NCBI GenBank assembly: GCA_965199825.1
Contig: OZ241329.1
Span: 2,336,001-2,400,000, forward strand
DNA length: 64,000 nucleotides
Reading direction: 5' to 3'
From: Bdellovibrionales bacterium
GTDB lineage: Bacteria; Bdellovibrionota; Bdellovibrionia; Bdellovibrionales; UBA1609
Shown here: one piece after another, positions 1-9,671 of the stretch
Layout of the letters: each line of letters opens with the position of its first letter
Position numbering within the stretch: position 1 is the first letter of the stretch
Program-made: the position numbers and the translations under genes
The notes under the pieces: generated by a model
What the model saw: the letters and a program-made list of their open reading frames with translations, nothing else
The model's database searches: none
Told to the model about the DNA's origin: nothing

Positions 1-100
1 TTTTACCAAAAATTTTCCAGCGCGCTCAACAGTTGCGGTCAGTGGACTTCCAAAAGGTGTGAATGTGGAAATTGAGGTCATTGCATTTCAAACCGCTTGA
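1..100 (+). CDS. ridA: RidA/YjgF family enamine/imine deaminase, 3' end only
   Basis: Frame from nt 2 reads FTKNFPARSTVAVSGLPKGVNVEIEVIAFQTA*, the PARS..V..LP....VEIE..A C-terminal RidA motif; not in ORF track. Confidence 0.9.
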   Translation, partial: FTKNFPARSTVAVSGLPKGVNVEIEVIAFQTA

Positions 101-648
101 TTGCAGCCCTAATTGTTTTTGTGGCATTCCTCATCACCGGAACGGTGATGTCGCTAAAAACTATTCGTGTCTTAAGAAATCAAAAACCCACCAGTTGGAC
201 AGCCGACCATAAAGCCGATTGCGGAGTGGTGTTGACCGGTGGTCGCGGTCGCATCCGCGAAGGGCTAGATCTTTTGTATCAGGGTCAGATTCGAAAGCTG
301 ATTATTTCGGGAGTGCATCCGGGTGCAACTCTCTTAAGTGTATTTTCGGTGTGGCCCTATTATGCGAGCTTGCGTGAAGACGACGTCGTGTTAGAAAAGC
401 GCTCGCAAACCACTTATGGAAACGCCCAACAGAGTCTGGTTCTTATCGAGGCTTTAAAATGTAAGGATTTGGTTTTAGTGACGTCGGCTCTTCATATGCC
501 AAGGGCGTTTCGTACATTTCGAAAAATATATCCGCAAGAGATCGCGATTTCCCAAAGATCCATCGTGAGTGGTCGCTTACAACCCACTTTTTTTGAAGCA
601 AGTATTGAGACCTTAAAACTTTATTTTTATTCTCTGTGGGTGTTTTGA
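97..648 (+). CDS. YdcF/ElyC-like (DUF218) family protein
   Basis: VVLTGG..RI, LIISG, E.RSQTTYGNA, LVTSALHMPRA motifs; N-terminal TM. Confidence 0.85.
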   Translation: MIAALIVFVAFLITGTVMSLKTIRVLRNQKPTSWTADHKADCGVVLTGGRGRIREGLDLLYQGQIRKLIISGVHPGATLLSVFSVWPYYASLREDDVVLEKRSQTTYGNAQQSLVLIEALKCKDLVLVTSALHMPRAFRTFRKIYPQEIAISQRSIVSGRLQPTFFEASIETLKLYFYSLWVF

Positions 649-1931
649 TGTTGGCTTTTTATTTTTGGCGCCGCTATTTATTTTCAGGTCGTGCGGGCAG
701 CTTGATTCGGTTAATCTCTTGGATCTCACTGCTTGGAGTGACCGTCGGAGTGATGAGTTTAATTGTTGTGGTCTCGGTAATGTCGGGATTTCATGCGGTG
801 ATTCGCGGAAGACTGCTAGGACTTGAGCCTCACCTTACAATCACGCTTCCACCAAAATCGAGCGCAGCAACGTTAGATGACTTTTCCAATAAAATAAAAG
901 CCGAAAAGATCAGCGAGTTTGTGGTTGTGGATTCTCAAGACTTAATTGTTCGCACCTTGGACGGCACATTTTCGGGCGGGGTTGCAAGGGGGTATCTCAC
1001 CGAAGAGCTTGATGCCTTTTTAAAACGGACAGATCAGCTCAACCGCGAAAATGCGGCTCGTGAAGAAAACGCCAAAAGCCGAATTCGAAAACAAGAAGAC
1101 ATTATTCCATCCTTTATTCCGCAAGCGGTGAAATTAAAAGAGCGCGAAGTGGTGTTAGGCTCGGACCTTGCGCGCTCTCTTGGGGTGCTCGAGGGTGATC
1201 AGGTGTTACTTATCCCTCCTGAGGGACTGTTGATCGCAAAGGGTGAAGTTCCACTTTACGAACGAGTGACGGTAGTGTCGCGCATATCCACCCGTGTGAC
1301 CGATCTTGATTCTAAACTTGTTTTATTTGATAACTCAAAAACTTTGACCCGAATGAAGCTCTCCCCCTCGCGCGAAAAGTTGATTGAGGTCCGGCTTGAC
1401 GATCCCAATCAATCCGAAAATCTCAAGCTTAAACTCACAAAGTTAATGCCCAATGCGGCAATACAAACTTGGCAAGACCGCAACCAGGCGCTGTTTTTTG
1501 CTCTTAAGATGGAAAAATTGGTGATGACCATTTTTTTAAGTCTAAGTGGCCTGATCACTTCCTTTTCTATTGTCTCGGTGCTCTCACTCTTGGTCTCGCA
1601 AAAACGCAAAGAAATTGGTTTGATGCTTGCAATGGGTTTATCGCCGCGGCGAATTCAGCGCATTTATGTGGGTATCGGTTTTTTTCTTTCGTTCAATGGG
1701 ATTGCGCTTGGCTTGCTGCTGGGATTACTTCTGTGTGAACTGATTGATCGCTATCCCATCCCACTGTTGCCCGATATTTATTACGACTCAACTATTCCGG
1801 TTTTGGTGACCAAGGATTTGGTCTTTTTGGTAAGCGGCCTCTCTTTTGTTGTCGCTTTGATGAGTGCCTTTTTGCCAGCTCGAGGTTTGTCAAAATTAAC
1901 CGCGAGTGAAACTTTTCGAATCCCGAGATAA
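636..1931 (+). CDS. Lipoprotein-releasing ABC transporter permease LolC/E family
   Basis: ISLLGVTVGVMSLIVVVSVMSGF, W...N..LF.AL..EK, K.KEIG.M.AMG, LPDIYY motifs. Confidence 0.9.
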   Translation: MGVLMLAFYFWRRYLFSGRAGSLIRLISWISLLGVTVGVMSLIVVVSVMSGFHAVIRGRLLGLEPHLTITLPPKSSAATLDDFSNKIKAEKISEFVVVDSQDLIVRTLDGTFSGGVARGYLTEELDAFLKRTDQLNRENAAREENAKSRIRKQEDIIPSFIPQAVKLKEREVVLGSDLARSLGVLEGDQVLLIPPEGLLIAKGEVPLYERVTVVSRISTRVTDLDSKLVLFDNSKTLTRMKLSPSREKLIEVRLDDPNQSENLKLKLTKLMPNAAIQTWQDRNQALFFALKMEKLVMTIFLSLSGLITSFSIVSVLSLLVSQKRKEIGLMLAMGLSPRRIQRIYVGIGFFLSFNGIALGLLLGLLLCELIDRYPIPLLPDIYYDSTIPVLVTKDLVFLVSGLSFVVALMSAFLPARGLSKLTASETFRIPR

Positions 1932-1981
1932 ACAAATAAATCTTTCTTTTTAAACACTTCGGTCTTATCAATCGTCTTTAT

Positions 1982-2719
1982 ATGATCAAAATCATCGCTG
2001 CGGCGTGTTCGGCTTTATTTCCACTAAAAATTCATTTTCTTGAATCCTGGCGCTCCCTTCATGTTGAGACTCAAGCCAAATCCATCAGTTACAAAATTTC
2101 TGACGGCATTATTTTGGCTCCAAGAGGAGTGGATACAAACAAATTTAATTTGCTTCAGAGTCAGTTGTTGAGGCATAACAAGTGTTTGGCCAATCAATCG
2201 CCTGAATTTCGCCAATTTGTTTTAGAAAGTATAGAAAGTATTGAGGGCGTTCGGGGTGCAATGTGTTGGGTCGACGGTGAGTCCTCAAGAATCAATATCG
2301 AGACCTCGAGTCGACCGCTGATTTCACCCCTTCAGATGGGCAATATGCCGTTTGTGTTTCGCTGGAATGATCTTCATCAGCAAAAACAAAAAATGACCGC
2401 AGCAATCGAAGCGATGTTGTTTCAGAATTCGCATACGATCAATAAGACTCATTTTATCCAAGCCCACTTTGACCAACTTGTTTTGGAATATCCAAGAGTG
2501 GGAACACTGATCGAAGACTTTATTCAGCTGAGCCAGCATCTTGAAGCCCACTCCTACAATCATTTGCAACTGAGAGTCTTACTTGAACAAACCGATCTCA
2601 GTTGGGGTCAAATTCTGCTCGATCCCCATGCAAATAAACTCGAACTGATGAGAGCACTCTTAAGTTCGCTCAATCAAATTTCTATGCGCCTCAGCGCCTT
2701 AGGCGCTTTAACAAATTAA
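1982..2719 (+). CDS. Hypothetical protein
   Basis: 245-aa ORF filling the gap between lolC/E and convergent dapD; no recognised family. Confidence 0.6.
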   Translation: MIKIIAAACSALFPLKIHFLESWRSLHVETQAKSISYKISDGIILAPRGVDTNKFNLLQSQLLRHNKCLANQSPEFRQFVLESIESIEGVRGAMCWVDGESSRINIETSSRPLISPLQMGNMPFVFRWNDLHQQKQKMTAAIEAMLFQNSHTINKTHFIQAHFDQLVLEYPRVGTLIEDFIQLSQHLEAHSYNHLQLRVLLEQTDLSWGQILLDPHANKLELMRALLSSLNQISMRLSALGALTN

Positions 2720-3519
2720 ACCGAAACTTCAAAGTCTCTCAAAGCATTATTGAGGGAGGTTTTCATATCGGTTTGCTTTGAGCGCTCACCAATGATTAAA
2801 GCGCAGGGAACACCGTAATCACCGGCTTTAAACTTTTTGATCGTGGTGCCCGGGATCACGACCGCGCGTGAAGGAATTCGTCCTTTTGAGATCACCGGCG
2901 TCTCGCCACGAACATCAATAATTTTTGTGCTCGCAGTCAGAGTCACACCGGCACCCAACACCGATTCGTTTTCGACAATCACGCCTTCGACAACAATCGA
3001 TCTTGATCCTATAAACACATCATCGCCGATGATAACCGGACTGGCTTGAAGAGGTTCAAGCACGCCGCCAATTCCCACACCTCCAGAGAGATGCACACGT
3101 TGACCAATTTGGGCGCAAGATCCAACAGTGGCCCAAGTGTCCACCATTGTGCCAGCCCCAACATAAGCTCCGATATTGATGTAGGAGGGCATAAGGATTG
3201 CCCCTTTTTCGATGAATGATCCTTTGCGAGCGAGGGCTTGAGGTACAACTCGCACCCCTTCAGTGCCTCGCCATTTTTTAAGTGGAATTTTATCAAAGTA
3301 GGTGAAGTCGCCGCTTTCGATCACTTTCATTTCAGAAATACGAAAATAAAGGAGGATCGCTTTTTTTACCGCTTCGTTCACCTTTAGAGTCTTAGGTTCA
3401 ATCACCCGTAAGTCGCCGCAATCAAGCTCTTCGATCGCGGCCAAGATTTCTTTATGAGCCTCTGATGTTTTTAAAAATTCCGAATCGATAAAAGCCTTTT
3501 CGATAATTTGAGAATTCAT
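2716..3519 (-). CDS. dapD: 2,3,4,5-tetrahydropyridine-2,6-dicarboxylate N-succinyltransferase
   Basis: KKAILLYF, DKIPLK, RVVP.A.AR.G, MPSYINIGAYV..GTMVDTWATVGSCAQIG..VHLSGGVGIGGVLEPLQA. Confidence 0.97.
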   Translation of the reverse strand: MNSQIIEKAFIDSEFLKTSEAHKEILAAIEELDCGDLRVIEPKTLKVNEAVKKAILLYFRISEMKVIESGDFTYFDKIPLKKWRGTEGVRVVPQALARKGSFIEKGAILMPSYINIGAYVGAGTMVDTWATVGSCAQIGQRVHLSGGVGIGGVLEPLQASPVIIGDDVFIGSRSIVVEGVIVENESVLGAGVTLTASTKIIDVRGETPVISKGRIPSRAVVIPGTTIKKFKAGDYGVPCALIIGERSKQTDMKTSLNNALRDFEVSV

Positions 3520-3522
3520 AAT

Positions 3523-4176
3523 TTACCTTTCAAGAGATTTAAGAATCTCGATGACTGCTGGAGTATGGAGTTTTAAAATTTGATCAATCGCGAGGCCTCG
3601 TTCAATTTCATAAGTCAGCGTGGGCATCGCACGTTCAAGACCTGCATAAGTGCCAAGACATCCTGGTGTAGGGTATCCAATCGAATCGACAATAGGATAA
3701 CCGGTTAAACGATGAGCAATGTCAGCTTGAACTAAACAATCCCCATTTGTATTGAGGCAAGGTTTATAAGAATGCAAATTCAAAATAAACTTTTGCGGTG
3801 ACCGATCTAAAAACCGTACCAATGATTGATTTTCGATTTCAGAATTTTTAAATGGACCCGGAGGATACCGGGGGTTTTTAATTTCGGCCGACCAATCCTT
3901 GGTGGCAAGGTTGCGATTGAGATCAACTCCATTCGCATTGGTGCGGGTTTTGTTCAAAACCCCATCGAGATTAAATTCTGGGATGATGATTAAATGAAGT
4001 CGAAAACCAAAGTTGGAATCAAAAACTTGAAGAAGATGTTTAGCTAGAGCCACACCCTCGATTTCGTCACCATGAGTTCCGCCAAGAATCAAGACCGCAG
4101 GGCTGGTTTTTTGGCCAAATTCAAAACTCAAGATGGGAAGGCCTAAAGTTGTTTTACCGAATATAGAACTTTGCAT
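3523..4176 (-). CDS. M14-family zinc carboxypeptidase (MpaA-like / AstE-AspA-like); probable start ATG at 4176 rather than 4278
   Basis: GGTHGDE, N.DG....TR.NANGVDLNRN, NLHSY, GYPTPG.LG.Y, T.E motifs; the longer start overlaps lysC. Confidence 0.85.
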   Translation of the reverse strand: MQSSIFGKTTLGLPILSFEFGQKTSPAVLILGGTHGDEIEGVALAKHLLQVFDSNFGFRLHLIIIPEFNLDGVLNKTRTNANGVDLNRNLATKDWSAEIKNPRYPPGPFKNSEIENQSLVRFLDRSPQKFILNLHSYKPCLNTNGDCLVQADIAHRLTGYPIVDSIGYPTPGCLGTYAGLERAMPTLTYEIERGLAIDQILKLHTPAVIEILKSLER

Positions 4177-4206
4177 GAAATCATCTGCCTGATAAGGTTT
4201 GGTCGC

Positions 4207-5430
4207 ATGAAAACTCAAGCTCAGTTGATGGTCAAGAAGTTCGGTGGAACTTCTGTTGGATCCATCGAACGTATTCAAAATGTTGTCGATCGTGTGATAA
4301 AAGATTCTGAAAGCTCAGGGCTTCACCCCGTGGTGGTGGCCTCGGCCATGGCTGGCGAAACCAATCGGTTGGTGCAGTTTGCTCGCGATCTCGATCCTTA
4401 TTACCGAGGTCCCGCTTACGATATGTTGCTTGCCTCAGGGGAGCAGGTGGCGATTTCACTTTTAAGTATCGCCTTTGAAAAGCGTGGCAAAAAAGCGATG
4501 CCACTGTTAGCGCATCAGTTAGGGATTTATACCGACTCGATCCATTCCAAAGCCCGGATCACAAATATCGACACCCAAAAATTGTTAAAGGTCATTAACG
4601 AGGACACGATTCCGGTGATCGCCGGTTTTCAAGGCGTGAACGAAGAAAAGTTGATCACGACCTTGGGCCGCGGGGGATCCGACACCACCGCCGTCGCAAT
4701 TGCCGCCGCATTAAAAGCCCAAGCTTGCGAGATTTATACCGACGTGCCCGCGGTCTTTTCGGCCGATCCACGACTCGTGCCGAAAGCGCGCGAGTTAAAT
4801 AAAATTAGTTTTGAAGAGATGATGGAGATGGCATCCTTAGGATCAAAGGTGCTGCACTTAAGATCGGTAGAACTTGCGGTAAAGTACAAAGTCAAAATTC
4901 ATTTGCGTTCAACATTCGAAGACCGAGAAGGAACGTGGATCGTTCCAGAGGAAGAAGCCATGGAAAATGCAGTCGTTTCTGCTGTGACTCACGAAGCCAA
5001 CACCACCGTTTTTAAAATGCATCCAGTGCCCTATGGATCCGCGTTTTTGAGCGATCTTTTTTCGGTCTTGGCCGAAAAAAATATTATTGTCGATATCATC
5101 ACTCAATCTCAAAGTGATCAGGGTCAGCGCCTTGCATTTTCGGTGGGCGAAGAGGATGTGCATCAAACCGAAAAGCTGCTCAAATCATTTTTGCCCGCAG
5201 ATGTGAAAGTCGAAATGATTTCAGACATGTCAAAAGTTTCGGTCGTGGGAGTGGGAATGAAAAATCATCCTGGAGTGGCTGCTGACTTTTTCAAAGTTCT
5301 TAAAAAATTAGACGTGCCGGTTCATCTTGTTACAACTTCTGAAATCAAGATCAGTGCGGTGATCGAAAAAAAATATCTGAGCGACGTCGCCCAAGGCCTT
5401 CATTCTGGTTTTCATCTGGATCGCACCTAA
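4207..5430 (+). CDS. lysC: Aspartate kinase (probable start ATG 4207)
   Basis: KKFGGTSVG, VVASAMAGETN, TTLGRGGSDTTA, YTDVP.V.SADPR, C-terminal ACT domains TTSEIKIS. Confidence 0.97.
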   Translation: MKTQAQLMVKKFGGTSVGSIERIQNVVDRVIKDSESSGLHPVVVASAMAGETNRLVQFARDLDPYYRGPAYDMLLASGEQVAISLLSIAFEKRGKKAMPLLAHQLGIYTDSIHSKARITNIDTQKLLKVINEDTIPVIAGFQGVNEEKLITTLGRGGSDTTAVAIAAALKAQACEIYTDVPAVFSADPRLVPKARELNKISFEEMMEMASLGSKVLHLRSVELAVKYKVKIHLRSTFEDREGTWIVPEEEAMENAVVSAVTHEANTTVFKMHPVPYGSAFLSDLFSVLAEKNIIVDIITQSQSDQGQRLAFSVGEEDVHQTEKLLKSFLPADVKVEMISDMSKVSVVGVGMKNHPGVAADFFKVLKKLDVPVHLVTTSEIKISAVIEKKYLSDVAQGLHSGFHLDRT

Positions 5431-6615
5431 GTGGCGTATCTAAAAAAAGATGATCAATGGGTCTGTGCAGGACGTGATGGCAAAACCACACCACTCATCG
5501 ACGTGGTTCAAAATAAAAAAACTCCATTTTATCTTTATGACCTCGACGATATTTCTTATCGGGTGGGATTATTTAAAAGTTCTCTCCAACTCCATTATGC
5601 AATGAAGGCCAATTGCCATCCAAAAGTATTAGACCGCATTCAGTCTTTGGGATTGGGTGTGGATGTGGTGAGCGGAGGCGAGCTTGAACTTGCTTTGAAA
5701 CATAATTTTTCTCCTGCCTATATTGTTTTTTCTGGTGTTGGCAAAACGGTCGAAGAGATCGAATTCGCACTCAAGACTCAAATTTTACAAATCAATGTGG
5801 AGAGTTTGGCTGAGCTCAAGCGCATTGCCCAAATCGCACAACGGATCAATGTGAAGGCGCAGATTGCACTCAGATTGAATCCTGATGTGGAGGCAAAAAC
5901 TCACCCGTATATTCAAACTGGATTTCGTGAAAATAAATTTGGAATTGATGAATCGAGTATGACCGAGGTGATCGAATTTATTCGTCACCACAAAAAAAAT
6001 CTAAAATTGATGGGACTGACTCTTCATATCGGATCTCAGATTCTTGATTTAAGCTCATTTCGAGATGCATTTTTAAAAACCAAAAAAATATTTTTGGATC
6101 TTCGATCTGAATTTGATCTCAGCACCTTTGATATTGGTGGAGGTCTTGGAATCCTCTATGGAAAAGAAGGGCAAAGCGATGAAAAAGGAATTTCTGATTA
6201 TCTTGAAATTGTGAATGCCTGTCTCAGTGACTTAAAAGGTGTACGAATCTTATCCGAGCCCGGTCGAATCTTGGTGGCACGTTGTGGACTGTTGGTGTGT
6301 CAGGTGGAATACATCAAGCAGACTCCATATAAGCAATTTGCCATCGTCAATACGGGCATGCACCATCTGCTGAGGCCAGCACTTTATCAGGCCGAGCATC
6401 GTATCGAAAAATTAATTTCTAAAAATCTTCCCCCACAAACTTATGATGTAGTGGGACCCATTTGTGAGTCTGCAGACAGTATCGCCAAAGCTTTAAAGAT
6501 CGAAACTCTGTCAGAAAATGATTTTGTTTTGATCTTTGATGCTGGAGCCTATGGAGAGGTGATGGCCTCAAATTACAACCTGAAAGGCCCAGTGCAAAGC
6601 ATGGTGATTGAATGA
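5431..6615 (+). CDS. lysA: Diaminopimelate decarboxylase
   Basis: YAMKAN (PLP Lys), DVVSGGEL, FSGVGK, HIGSQ, EPGR, VGPICES.D, GAYG.VMASNYN. Confidence 0.96.
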   Translation: MAYLKKDDQWVCAGRDGKTTPLIDVVQNKKTPFYLYDLDDISYRVGLFKSSLQLHYAMKANCHPKVLDRIQSLGLGVDVVSGGELELALKHNFSPAYIVFSGVGKTVEEIEFALKTQILQINVESLAELKRIAQIAQRINVKAQIALRLNPDVEAKTHPYIQTGFRENKFGIDESSMTEVIEFIRHHKKNLKLMGLTLHIGSQILDLSSFRDAFLKTKKIFLDLRSEFDLSTFDIGGGLGILYGKEGQSDEKGISDYLEIVNACLSDLKGVRILSEPGRILVARCGLLVCQVEYIKQTPYKQFAIVNTGMHHLLRPALYQAEHRIEKLISKNLPPQTYDVVGPICESADSIAKALKIETLSENDFVLIFDAGAYGEVMASNYNLKGPVQSMVIE

Positions 6616-7964
6616 TGCTGATCAATCCTGCAACCGAAGACGTGATCGAAGAACTTGATTTTTTTTCGGATCAACAAGTGGAAACAATTCTTGATCGATC
6701 AACAAAGGGTTTCTCGAATTGGAAAAAGCTGAGCCATCGAGAACGCGGCGATTATTTTATCGAAGTCGCAAAATGTTTACGCAAATCAAAAGATGTTTTT
6801 GCCAATCAAATCACCACCGAGATGGGTAAAATCTTACCCGAATCTTTAGCCGAAATCGAAAAGTGTGCGGCTGCGTGTGAGTATTATGCTCGCAACAATT
6901 TAATGACCGATGTCGAAATTCAATCGAATTTTAAACAGAGCTTTGTGACCTACCAACCTCTTGGGCCTATACTTGGAATTTTGCCTTGGAATTTTCCATT
7001 CTGGCAATTTTTTAGATTTGCGATCCCCACCATGATGGCGGGCAACTCGGTAATTTTGAAAAGTGCGGCAAACACGATGGGGTGTGGGAATACGATTGCC
7101 AAAATTTTTAAAGATCTCCAATTTCCAGCCTCTGCTTTTGAGCTTCTTAATGTGGATGTTCCGATCCTTGCTCGAGTGATTGCCGATAAAAGAGTGCGGG
7201 GAGTGAGTCTTACCGGATCAACCCGAGCGGGCCGTGCGGTGGGCAAAGCGGCAGGTGAAGCCATCAAGCCTTGTGTTCTTGAACTTGGGGGAAGCGATGC
7301 TTACGTGGTGTTGGATGATGCCGATCTTGAGATGGCCGCACAAAAGATGATTCAAGGTCGATTTTTAAATTGTGGGCAGAGTTGTATTTCGGCCAAACGC
7401 TTTATTGTTACCCAGAAAAATTCGAGCGATCTCATTTCTATTTTGAAACATAAGATTTCAGGTTTAAAAGCGGGTTCGCCCCTCGGAAATAATGATATGG
7501 GCCCTATGGCAAGAAAAGATCTCCGCGATCAATTGAACACCCAGGTTGAACAGGCCAAAAAAGAAGGGCTTGAGGTTTTGGTGGGCGGAAAAATAAAACA
7601 ACAAAAGGGTTATTTTTTTGAACCCACTTTATTGTCTGGCACGGATCCAAACTCGATCGTATTTCAACAAGAATTGTTTGGCCCGGTGGCCTCCGTCACC
7701 ACTGCAAAAGATGAACAAGAGGCCTTAGCTTTCGCAAATCAATCTGATTTTGGTTTAGGTTCTGCGGTATTTTCTCGAGACATCGAGCGGGCAAAAAACC
7801 TAGCTCGAACACATTTTGAAGCCGGAATGTGTTTTGTGAATGATTTTGTTCGCTCAGAAATTCAACTTCCTTTTGGAGGTATAAAAGAATCTGGTATTGG
7901 ACGGGAACTCAGTCGCGATGGCCTCCATTCTTTTGTAAATATAAAAACTATATGTGTTTCTTAA
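6612..7964 (+). CDS. NAD(P)-dependent succinate-semialdehyde dehydrogenase (Sad/GabD-like aldehyde dehydrogenase)
   Basis: PWNFPFWQ, LTGSTRAG, LELGGSD, NCGQSCISAKR, ELFGP, PFGGIKESG.GREL. Confidence 0.9.
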   Translation: MMLINPATEDVIEELDFFSDQQVETILDRSTKGFSNWKKLSHRERGDYFIEVAKCLRKSKDVFANQITTEMGKILPESLAEIEKCAAACEYYARNNLMTDVEIQSNFKQSFVTYQPLGPILGILPWNFPFWQFFRFAIPTMMAGNSVILKSAANTMGCGNTIAKIFKDLQFPASAFELLNVDVPILARVIADKRVRGVSLTGSTRAGRAVGKAAGEAIKPCVLELGGSDAYVVLDDADLEMAAQKMIQGRFLNCGQSCISAKRFIVTQKNSSDLISILKHKISGLKAGSPLGNNDMGPMARKDLRDQLNTQVEQAKKEGLEVLVGGKIKQQKGYFFEPTLLSGTDPNSIVFQQELFGPVASVTTAKDEQEALAFANQSDFGLGSAVFSRDIERAKNLARTHFEAGMCFVNDFVRSEIQLPFGGIKESGIGRELSRDGLHSFVNIKTICVS

Positions 7965-8884
7965 TCTTAATTTGTTCAGTTTCACTTTTTGCCCAAACCA
8001 ATAACCAAACTTTAAAGGTTGAGGACCTTTTGCCGCCTTCCACCGAGGATGTGGTTGATGAAGTCTTGACCAATAAAAGACTTCGGGCCGAAACAGGCTC
8101 GCTTTCAAAATTTTCAATCAAGACATCTTTAGGTTACAGTGCGGGATCGATCGAAAAACCGCTTGATCCATTAAGACCCAACCTCACCGGCTCGAATGGA
8201 AATATGATGACGCTCCAGAGTGTCGCAGGAAGTGTGGGACTCAAATATCGCGCAAGCGCAATGGATTCGTTATTCGTAAATACCGGCCTTCGTATGCTCA
8301 CACCGTTTCAATCGCGCTATCAAACCTCTGATCCAAAACTCCAACAGGTTTTTGATCAAAATCATCAAAAAACAGATTTGTTTGATCCAAGTCTCAGTTA
8401 CACCCACATCTTTAAAATCTATGACGCCCAAAATACATTTTCGTTTGGCCAAACTTGGGTGACCAATTCTGTAGACCGAAGTTTTGGATATTTGACCTCT
8501 TCCAGTCTTTCGCACTCGATCGCTTATGAGCTAAGCCGTTCTACCTTTGGTCTTTCAACCGCGTTGAGCTTATCATTTTTTGACCAATCCAATATTGTGA
8601 TCAATCCGTATCAAACTCTTTATGACTTGGGATTTTTTCCATTTTATGAATTTGCATTCAGTGATCGGTACCAGTTGCGCACACTCTTAGGCTTTACTTT
8701 TGAGCATCCACGTTTCGGAGCTGCCACCTTTACACTTGTTCAAAGACGGGTGTATCAATCCTTGGGTCTGGGCATCTCGGTCACCAGAAATATTTATTTT
8801 TATCCCAACATTCAATTTTTGCCCGAGGATTTGCGTAGCGATAAAACAAATGTGGCGCTTCAAACAACATTTAGTCTCTTTTAA
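7952..8884 (+). CDS. Putative outer-membrane beta-barrel protein
   Basis: Signal peptide, alternating amphipathic strands, C-terminal Phe. Confidence 0.6.
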   Translation: MCFLILICSVSLFAQTNNQTLKVEDLLPPSTEDVVDEVLTNKRLRAETGSLSKFSIKTSLGYSAGSIEKPLDPLRPNLTGSNGNMMTLQSVAGSVGLKYRASAMDSLFVNTGLRMLTPFQSRYQTSDPKLQQVFDQNHQKTDLFDPSLSYTHIFKIYDAQNTFSFGQTWVTNSVDRSFGYLTSSSLSHSIAYELSRSTFGLSTALSLSFFDQSNIVINPYQTLYDLGFFPFYEFAFSDRYQLRTLLGFTFEHPRFGAATFTLVQRRVYQSLGLGISVTRNIYFYPNIQFLPEDLRSDKTNVALQTTFSLF

Positions 8885-8917
8885 AAATCAAAGTCAGCAG
8901 TCGCTTGTGAATCTTAA

Positions 8918-9613
8918 TCATAAAAGCAAAATACGATAGGTACCCAAATTTTTTAGCTTAAACCTTACGGGCAGAGGATGTTGAAGAGTGGTCGACAAAA
9001 TTTTCGATTTGAAATCGGATTTGGACCATGCCCCTTTTGATTTTCCTTCTCTACTCGTCAATTTCACAATAGCGAACATGGGACGATCGTCTTTTGTAAC
9101 TGTCATTGCATTTTTGATGTGGCCAACGTCTAAATAAAATTGATCAAAGTTTTCTCTAATAGAAGCGATATCAACGATAGGTCCCACCTGCACAACAGCA
9201 GAAATATCAAAAAGGGATGGCTTCACAAAAACGAAGTACCCCGATATGTGAGTTTTGAGTACGGTTGTGCTGCTTTTAGCCAACCATTCAGGATTCAATA
9301 GGTAATTTTTAAATTGATTGAACGTGACGGATTCGAATTTAAAATCACCACCATAAGTTTTTATTAATTCGTTGAATCGTTCAAGCGACATTAAATATCC
9401 TTGGGGACTTGATTTTGGCCCTCGAATTTCAAAAATAATTTCACGATCTTCGATTGCGGAAAAAATTCTTTTTGTGTTGTTCAAAAACTGAAGAATCGAT
9501 GCGGCTTTAAGAGTACCAGGCTGAGCCCTGGTAAGTAGTGTTCGACACCCCATCAAAGGATCAGGTTCAAATTCTGCAAAAGCAAAAAGTCCGATAAACA
9601 AAAATAGAAGCAT
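8918..9613 (-). CDS. Putative secreted protein with four tandem Phd/YefM-like repeats
   Basis: Short signal peptide ending AFA; internal repeats resemble the Phd beta-alpha-beta-beta-alpha pattern (see findings). Confidence 0.6.
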   Translation of the reverse strand: MLLFLFIGLFAFAEFEPDPLMGCRTLLTRAQPGTLKAASILQFLNNTKRIFSAIEDREIIFEIRGPKSSPQGYLMSLERFNELIKTYGGDFKFESVTFNQFKNYLLNPEWLAKSSTTVLKTHISGYFVFVKPSLFDISAVVQVGPIVDIASIRENFDQFYLDVGHIKNAMTVTKDDRPMFAIVKLTSREGKSKGAWSKSDFKSKILSTTLQHPLPVRFKLKNLGTYRILLL

Positions 9614-9671
9614 ATGAACTTATGCCACAGAATTAAAAAATAGAAATAGAGATTTTTTTGAAGTTGTGCAT

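Noticed and set aside
4171..4278. Apparent 108-bp head-to-head overlap of lysC and the M14 peptidase
   Set aside because: Artefact of longest-ORF starts; ATGs at 4176 and 4207 remove the overlap (same for queG/cca)
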